A DNA stretch of 64,000 nt from Saprospiraceae bacterium (GTDB lineage: Bacteria; Bacteroidota; Bacteroidia; Chitinophagales; Saprospiraceae): positions 5,291 to 69,290 of the forward strand of contig JAJTFM010000013.1 of assembly GCA_021298575.1 (NCBI GenBank), written 5' to 3'. The stretch's first letter is position 1; every line of letters begins with the position of its first letter. The notes beneath the pieces were generated by a model. It had not been told where the DNA came from. It was given only the letters and a program-made list of their open reading frames with translations, and did not search any database. This document shows, piece by piece, positions 58,439 to 64,000 of the stretch. The translations under genes and the position numbers were made by a program.

Positions 58439-58819
58439 TCAGGATTTGGCGAGTTTGGTCATGAACCACACTTCAAAAGCTGTGTAAACAACATACAGAT
58501 AGAGAAAAATACCCACAAACCATTCATTATCAGGATGAAAGGTTTTCTGATAAACGAACAGCCAGGCCAGGGCGAGTACCATTTTACCGAAAACAGATAC
58601 CGAGACCAGATTGGTGAAGGCGTATTTGCTACCCGACCGGACAGCACCAGCGCCGGCGAAAAACAGTCCGAAACATACAAGTACGAACAGCACCACAGTG
58701 GCCACAGCGAACAACGCATGCTGATGGGCTGGCTGCACAAAAGAAGTGAGGAGTATCAACGGGACGGATGCCAGGAGTGTTATAACGGCAATCCTGCTAA
58801 AAAAAGACCTGTTATTCAA
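58439..58819 (-). CDS. Small 4-TM membrane protein (unknown function)
   Basis: 126 aa with four hydrophobic helices. 4-nt ATGA overlap with the upstream AtpZ-like gene. Confidence 0.6.
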   Translation of the reverse strand: MNNRSFFSRIAVITLLASVPLILLTSFVQPAHQHALFAVATVVLFVLVCFGLFFAGAGAVRSGSKYAFTNLVSVSVFGKMVLALAWLFVYQKTFHPDNEWFVGIFLYLYVVYTAFEVWFMTKLAKS

Positions 58820-59049
58820 TCTTTCAGCAATTGTTTATAGATGCGATAGAGCGAGGCGAAAAGAAAAGCAATGGTAAGAAACACGGCGAATGCGGGTTTT
58901 TCGAGGCCGATTTTTGCATCGGCCCAGCGTCCGATGAAGACACCTGCCAGACAGGCACCGAGCAGCTCGAATGCCAGTCCGCCATAGCGGGCAACGGCCT
59001 TAACCGTTGCTTTCCGCTGCTCCTCCGGCGACGGGTTCTTTTGCGTCAT
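58816..59049 (-). CDS. AtpZ/AtpI-family small membrane protein
   Basis: 77 aa with two TM helices. YGGLAFELLGACLAGVFIGRWAD pattern. Confidence 0.65.
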   Translation of the reverse strand: MTQKNPSPEEQRKATVKAVARYGGLAFELLGACLAGVFIGRWADAKIGLEKPAFAVFLTIAFLFASLYRIYKQLLKD

Positions 59050-59464
59050 TTTTATCGGATTTTTTTTCCGGTTGCTTTGGTGCAGGAGTAGCCAGACCTG
59101 TTTCCATCCGACATATTACATTAAAAACAGCACCGGCCTGCATCTGAATACTCCGGGCAGTTACTTCACCCTCCACTACGGCTGTTTCACGGAGGTTCAA
59201 CAGTTCGGCCACCCTGATATTGCCCTTGTAACGGCCTTCGATAACTGCACTCTGGCAGATGACATTACCTTCGATGACGCCGGTAGGGCCGATAATCAGT
59301 TTTGCTGCGCAGACGAGATCGCCCTTTATGACACCATCAATACGAATATCACTGTCGCATTTGATTTTACCGCCTACAGCAGTGCCTTTAACCAGCGAGT
59401 TAACGACACCCGATGAAGGGACGGCGGAGCGTCTGACATCTTCCTCTTTAGAATTTCCAAACAT
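59000..59464 (-). CDS. Bactofilin-family (DUF583) polymer-forming protein
   Basis: 154 aa. Repetitive beta-helix pattern (IKCDSDIRIDGVIKGDLVCAAKLIIGPTGVIEGNVICQSAVIEGRYKGNIRV...VEGEV) and a K/P/E-rich tail. Confidence 0.8.
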   Translation of the reverse strand: MFGNSKEEDVRRSAVPSSGVVNSLVKGTAVGGKIKCDSDIRIDGVIKGDLVCAAKLIIGPTGVIEGNVICQSAVIEGRYKGNIRVAELLNLRETAVVEGEVTARSIQMQAGAVFNVICRMETGLATPAPKQPEKKSDKNDAKEPVAGGAAESNG

Positions 59465-59564
59465 AACAACAAACGTAGTTTAACAACAGAGTGCGCAAAA
59501 GTGCGGAAAAAATCGGTGATTTCAAAGAATTATGTGAAAGACCCGTGATTTAGTGCTTAGGCAA

Positions 59565-60203
59565 TCAGTATTTTCGGAGTACGTCGGAAGTAATTACATG
59601 AGTGCCTCCGAGATGCTGATTAGCCAGCGTTATGAGTGCATTTGCCACCTGACTGGCCTTTACGCCCTTGTATTTTGCCGGAATAATCAGGTTAAACACA
59701 GCATTGAGGAAAATGCCGATTTTTTCACCGAATCGGAACTCCTTTCGGTCGCCGAGCAAAAGGGAGGGCTGAGCCGTTACAAAACAATCAAAATGTAAAT
59801 CTTTGATTCGATTTTCGAGTTCACCTTTTGTGCGGAGGTAAAAGTTGGACGAATCGGGATTGGCGCCGATGGAAGACACCAGCAGATATTGCTTTACGCC
59901 ATTTTCACGTGCGATCCGGCCGATTTCTGCCGGATACTCGCAGTCAACACGGAACTGGGCAGCCTGAGACCCGGCGGTTCTGATGGTAGTACCGAGAGCG
60001 CAGAAAAGATCATCACCCGTGAGAAGACTCTTGTCGGGATTGTCGAAGTCGAAGACTACTATTTTGAGTTTCGGATGAGCGATGAGTAGCGGCCTGCGCA
60101 CGAGTGCAACAACTTCGCTGTATCTTTGATCGTTGATAAGCTGGTAAAGGAGTGATTTCCCTACCAGACCGGTGGCTCCGATGAGCAGTGCCTTTTTAGT
60201 CAT
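59565..60203 (-). CDS. NAD(P)H-binding atypical SDR (HTATIP2/TIP30-like)
   Basis: 212 aa. LLIGATGLVGKSLL Rossmann motif. Confidence 0.8.
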   Translation of the reverse strand: MTKKALLIGATGLVGKSLLYQLINDQRYSEVVALVRRPLLIAHPKLKIVVFDFDNPDKSLLTGDDLFCALGTTIRTAGSQAAQFRVDCEYPAEIGRIARENGVKQYLLVSSIGANPDSSNFYLRTKGELENRIKDLHFDCFVTAQPSLLLGDRKEFRFGEKIGIFLNAVFNLIIPAKYKGVKASQVANALITLANQHLGGTHVITSDVLRKY

Positions 60204-60970
60204 TGTTAATTTTGAGGCTGAACGAAGCAGTGGCGGAGAGAAGAGGGCTTCAACACGATCGCCGCTGGATGCTTGTGGATGAAAGCGGACAGTTTCTCAC
60301 GCAGAGAGAACTGCCGGAGATGGCCCTGCTGCAACCATCTGTCGGGCCCGACAACCTTACTGTACGACACAGCAGATTTCCGAATCAGGCTGTAGAGATT
60401 CCACTGGACATTACCGGTTTGTCACCAGAAAAAACCAGTGCAAAGGTATGGAGTAATTCTGTTTCGGCACTGATAATGCCTTCCGGGATTAACCAATGGT
60501 TTTCAGAAGTACTGCGAGCGCCTGTGCGGCTTGTTTACATGCCTGATACATCAAGGCGTCGGGCCGACGGGCGTTATGCTCCGGCGGGTCAGCTGGTCAG
60601 TTTTGCTGATGGTTTCCCTTATCTGATTATCGGAGCAGCAGCCCTGAATGAGTTGAACCGACAACTGACAGAGCCCGTACCGATGAATCGCTTCCGGCCG
60701 AACATTGTATTCACCGGAGGCAATTCGCATGATGAAGACAGGTGGAGCGATCTTCACATCGGCAATCAGCCGTTCAGGTGTGTAAAGCCGTGTGCGCGAT
60801 GTGTGATGGTGACAACCGATCAGGCTACGGCGCAAAAAAGTGCGGAGCCCCTGAAAACACTTTCGCAGTACCGAAGGCGCGGAAACAAAGTGCTTTTCGG
60901 CCAAAATATGATCTGGACGGGAACAGAACCTGCTTGTATGCGCGAGGGTGACATACTTGTGCCGGGTTAA
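60203..60970 (+). CDS. MOSC-domain protein, 5'-truncated relative to the family
   Basis: DRRWMLVD, FADGFPYLII, FRPNIVF and KPCARCVMVTTDQ motifs. The frame is closed by TAG at 60197-60199, so only TTG/GTG starts are available. The conserved N-terminal YP(I/V)KS strand is absent. Confidence 0.7.
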   Translation: MLILRLNEAVAERRGLQHDRRWMLVDESGQFLTQRELPEMALLQPSVGPDNLTVRHSRFPNQAVEIPLDITGLSPEKTSAKVWSNSVSALIMPSGINQWFSEVLRAPVRLVYMPDTSRRRADGRYAPAGQLVSFADGFPYLIIGAAALNELNRQLTEPVPMNRFRPNIVFTGGNSHDEDRWSDLHIGNQPFRCVKPCARCVMVTTDQATAQKSAEPLKTLSQYRRRGNKVLFGQNMIWTGTEPACMREGDILVPG

Positions 60971-61091
60971 AAGATCATACAATGTAGCAAATGTTACGGA
61001 CTGTCCAAAAAATATCCGCCGGATTGCCCATAATTGTCGGAAATTTAGCCCTTGTATCCCGACGAACAACTTACGTTTCAAATTTTCAGTA

Positions 61092-64000
61092 ATGACAAAA
61101 CAAATACTTATCACTGTCCTCTCCCTTGTTTCTTTTCTGAGTGCAAGCGGGCAGCAGTCCAAAAACTACTTTCAGCCAGTCGAGCCGCAGCAGATCTCGG
61201 TTGATTCGCGCACCCGTCGGGGTGCCTTTCCGGCAGTATTCGACACCTATCGCCTTGATTTCGGTTCTATCAGACAAAAACTGTCGGAAGCGCCCCGGGA
61301 GTTCACTCCCGAGGCAGATATGGGCAGATGCGTCGTCAGTATTCCGGTAGCAGGAGGTTCTCTGGAAGATTTTTCTGTATTTGAAGTAGCTCAGCTCGAC
61401 GCCGAGGCGCGGACTGCTTATCCGGATATTCACTGCTACGCGGGCATTTCGAAGGTCGATCCGCGTCGTACTGTTCGTTTCAGCACGACGGTAAGGGGCT
61501 TTACTGCCATGATAATGCATCCTGATTTCAACACATCCTTTGTTGAACCGTATACCTGGGGTCAGACGGAATACTATCTGGCCTACCACTCGGACGATGC
61601 GCCCGACAATGGTACACGTCGCCTGCGCGCAGAGGTAAAAGACGATGGCACGCTGGTATTCGGAGAAGAGAACGAATTCTATACTCCACCGGTTGAGGAC
61701 AGGGGTGTGGAGCTCGCCGATCCGGTTAAACTGAAAATTTTCCGCTTTGCCGTATCGTGTACCGGAGAGTTTGCCCAGGACCACGGCACTACCAAGCCAG
61801 AAGTTTTTGCAGCTGTTACGGAGTATGTCAACTTCATTAGCGCCATATACGAGCGGGATATAGATCTCCGATTTCAGTTAATTGCCGGCAGTCAGAATGC
61901 GATATTTCTGGATCCGCTGACAGATCCCTTTACCGGTCAGACCGTACAGGACTGGCTTGGACAGAATACGGAAATATTGAATCTGTACTGTAATCCGAAC
62001 TCACACGATGTGGGTCATGTTCTTGCCCGCTACATAACAGGCGGCGCCATCGGTGTGGGTGCCCTGGGCGTCTTGTGTACCCCCAACAAGGGACAGGGAT
62101 GTTCGGCCGGTGTTGGCGTCGGCAACTATGGCAGCAGCTTCATTGGTGTATTCGGACAAGAGCTGGGGCATCAGCTCAGCGGTGGTCACAGCTGGAACAA
62201 CTGTGGCGACAATGCGCAGCGTGAGGGCACCGAGGCTTTTGAACCAGGCAGCGGCAGTACTATCATGTCTTATGCGGGCGCGTGCGGAGCCGACAATATT
62301 CAGGGAGATGCCGATTTGTACTTCCATGCGGGGAGTATCAATAAAATCAGGAATTATTATACGTTCGGTGCGACTTGCGGATCCTATCAGGAGACCACCA
62401 ATTTTGCTCCGGTGGTCACCCTGCCCTATCAGGACAATTTTTTCATTCCGATTTCGACGCCATTTGAGCTGAATGGCAGTGCTACAGATGTTGACGGAGA
62501 TTCCCTTACCTATTGCTGGGAGCAATATGATCTTGGACCTCCGGCCCCGGTAAGCACCCCGGCAGGTAACTGTCCGCTGTTCAGAACACGCCCGGCCGTG
62601 AATGCGACCAACCGGTATTTCCCGAGACTGACCACAGTCATCAACAATGCATTTGACCGTACAGAACAGCTTCCCACCTACAGCCGTGATATGACCTTCA
62701 GGCTCTCGGTTCGCGACAACAGGCCCAATGGTGGTGGCTTGGGCCATGCTCAGGTAGCGTTCAATGCGTTTGACGGTGCCGGGCCGTTCAAGGTACTTTC
62801 ACCCAACACCAATACAACCATCTGGAGAGTGGGTGAATATACCGAGGTAACTTGGGATGTAGCCAACACCTATGCTGCGCCGGTTAACTGCAAGAAAGTC
62901 AATATCAGACTCAGTACAGATGGCGGGCAAACCTATCCGGTGACACTTGCGTCGGGAGTTGAAAACGACGGAAGCCAGTATGTTCTGGTACCCAATATTA
63001 TTTCCAGCAGCCTTCGTGTGCGCGTGGATGCTGCCGACAACATCTTCTACGATATCTCGAACCAGAATTTCAAGATACAGGCACCTGTTCAGCCATCCCT
63101 GACACTTGGATTGACCAACGATGCTGCGGAGATTTGCCTGCCGGGCAACTTCACCACTGAAATCATCAGTGCGGGTGTACTTGGTTACAGCGATCCGGTT
63201 CAGCTGGAAATAACGGGCAATATACCTCCGGGTGCAGCAGCCACCTTCTCTTCCTCAAATATTCAGCCGGGAGAAACAGCAACACTTTCCGTTGACCTGT
63301 CCGGTATCACCGTAGAGGGAGAATTCACCTTTAATGTACGGGCGGTATCGGGAACTCAGGAATACCTCAGACCAATCCGACTCGTACTGAGGAGGAATGA
63401 TTTCAGCGGATTCGCCCTGATATCACCTGCAGACGGACTAACCGGAAGCACACTGACCAAGACCCTTCGATGGTCGCAGGGGCTTGATGCAGATCTCTAT
63501 GATGTTCAGCTTGCCACAGATCCGGCTTTCAGCAATATTGTAGCATCGAGAAACGCATCTGCACTGGATTCGTTCAAGATGAATCTTTTACTTCAGAAAG
63601 GCACCGCCTATTACTGGCGTGTACGACCGATCAACGAGTGCGGTGCACACGCCTGGTCGGAGCCATTCTTTTTCAGCACGTTTGCGGAAGATTGCCGCAT
63701 TTTTCAGGCAAACGACCTGCCCAAGAACCTGTCGGCCAACTCTGCACCAACCATTGAGTCAAAGCTCACCGTCAATTCCGGAGGAGTGATCAGTGACATA
63801 AACATCAAGACCATTGACGGTTATCACAGCTTCTTCAAGGATCTGGAAGCGCACCTGATCAGTCCTGCGGGCACAGATGTGCTGCTGTGGAAAGACCGGT
63901 GTGGCAACTTCAACGGCAACTTCAACTTCGGGCTGGACGATGCGGCTCCGGGGGCCTTCCCTTGCCCGCCGAACAACACCGGTTTACAGTACCGTCCTGT
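61092..64000 (+). CDS. Secreted reprolysin-like (M12B-like) metalloprotease homolog with a proprotein-convertase P-domain (C-terminus runs off right edge)
   Basis: ATG at 61092 gives MTKQILITVLSLVSFLSASGQQ. The frame appears open to the window end (no complete ORF is listed for it; hand-checked only in part). Metzincin-like region ...FGQELGHQLSGGHSWN...EPGSGSTIMSYAG. P-domain-like segment near 63700-64000 (IESKLTVNSGGVISDINIKT...LEAHLISPAGTDVLLW). Confidence 0.8.
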   Translation, partial: MTKQILITVLSLVSFLSASGQQSKNYFQPVEPQQISVDSRTRRGAFPAVFDTYRLDFGSIRQKLSEAPREFTPEADMGRCVVSIPVAGGSLEDFSVFEVAQLDAEARTAYPDIHCYAGISKVDPRRTVRFSTTVRGFTAMIMHPDFNTSFVEPYTWGQTEYYLAYHSDDAPDNGTRRLRAEVKDDGTLVFGEENEFYTPPVEDRGVELADPVKLKIFRFAVSCTGEFAQDHGTTKPEVFAAVTEYVNFISAIYERDIDLRFQLIAGSQNAIFLDPLTDPFTGQTVQDWLGQNTEILNLYCNPNSHDVGHVLARYITGGAIGVGALGVLCTPNKGQGCSAGVGVGNYGSSFIGVFGQELGHQLSGGHSWNNCGDNAQREGTEAFEPGSGSTIMSYAGACGADNIQGDADLYFHAGSINKIRNYYTFGATCGSYQETTNFAPVVTLPYQDNFFIPISTPFELNGSATDVDGDSLTYCWEQYDLGPPAPVSTPAGNCPLFRTRPAVNATNRYFPRLTTVINNAFDRTEQLPTYSRDMTFRLSVRDNRPNGGGLGHAQVAFNAFDGAGPFKVLSPNTNTTIWRVGEYTEVTWDVANTYAAPVNCKKVNIRLSTDGGQTYPVTLASGVENDGSQYVLVPNIISSSLRVRVDAADNIFYDISNQNFKIQAPVQPSLTLGLTNDAAEICLPGNFTTEIISAGVLGYSDPVQLEITGNIPPGAAATFSSSNIQPGETATLSVDLSGITVEGEFTFNVRAVSGTQEYLRPIRLVLRRNDFSGFALISPADGLTGSTLTKTLRWSQGLDADLYDVQLATDPAFSNIVASRNASALDSFKMNLLLQKGTAYYWRVRPINECGAHAWSEPFFFSTFAEDCRIFQANDLPKNLSANSAPTIESKLTVNSGGVISDINIKTIDGYHSFFKDLEAHLISPAGTDVLLWKDRCGNFNGNFNFGLDDAAPGAFPCPPNNTGLQYRP

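Noticed and set aside
61086-62747. Minus-strand ORFs of 232 and 248 aa
   Set aside because: They are antisense to the long + strand metalloprotease gene, which starts at 61092 with a signal peptide and appears open to the window end (no complete ORF is listed for that frame). Their sequences are R/G/C-rich and not protein-like.
1-64000. CRISPR arrays, rRNA/tRNA genes, integrases/transposases, toxin-antitoxin or recognisable defence operons
   Set aside because: I saw no regularly spaced direct repeats, no cloverleaf-compatible tRNA sequences, and no ORFs with recombinase, transposase or nuclease signatures. The only interspersed repeats are the MITE-like elements.

Overview
This window looks like a chromosomal segment from a Bacteroidota genome. 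The evidence is a complete porP-gldK-gldL-gldM-gldN type IX secretion/gliding cluster, T9SS-type C-terminal sorting domains, TAnnTTTG-type promoter boxes, and a Rho factor with a long disordered N-terminal insertion. Coding density is high, with about 50 real genes. Most are housekeeping: radA, pabB, tsaB, rnhB, polA, pepA, pdxA, ppgK, folB, cysS, tcdA, rpoN, rlmN, serS and rho. Interspersed are a sulfatase/amidase/fucosidase trio, two sigma-70-family (ECF-like) sigma factors, secreted CHRD and M12B-like proteins, and several uncharacterised membrane or lipoproteins. I found no rRNA, tRNA, CRISPR array, transposase or prophage.

Features not explained by ordinary genes:
- **MITE-like repeat family.** Four full copies of 153-163 bp share a 21-nt perfect terminal inverted repeat. 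There are also a solo terminus and two degenerate remnants. Copies sit almost exactly at gene 3' ends and form a nested array with a 43-bp perfect palindrome between radA and pabB.
- **Unclassified structured locus.** About 360 nt downstream of radA is non-coding, structured, and ends in a strong intrinsic terminator.
- **EAD-like membrane protein.** One gene encodes a helical N-terminal module that resembles an effector-associated domain.
- **Sigma factor module.** An ECF sigma factor is coupled to an inner-membrane-to-outer-membrane beta-barrel protein, next to a His-rich four-repeat lipoprotein.
- **Altered enzyme genes.** A notable number of otherwise recognisable enzyme genes have lost catalytic residues or segments: a Prx-like protein (Cys to Trp), a GH30 missing the nucleophile segment, an M12B-like protease with QExxH, a frameshifted Zn-peptidase C-terminus, a 5'-truncated MOSC gene, and a SerRS with a short arm.

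All functional calls rest on motif recognition by eye. No searches were run.
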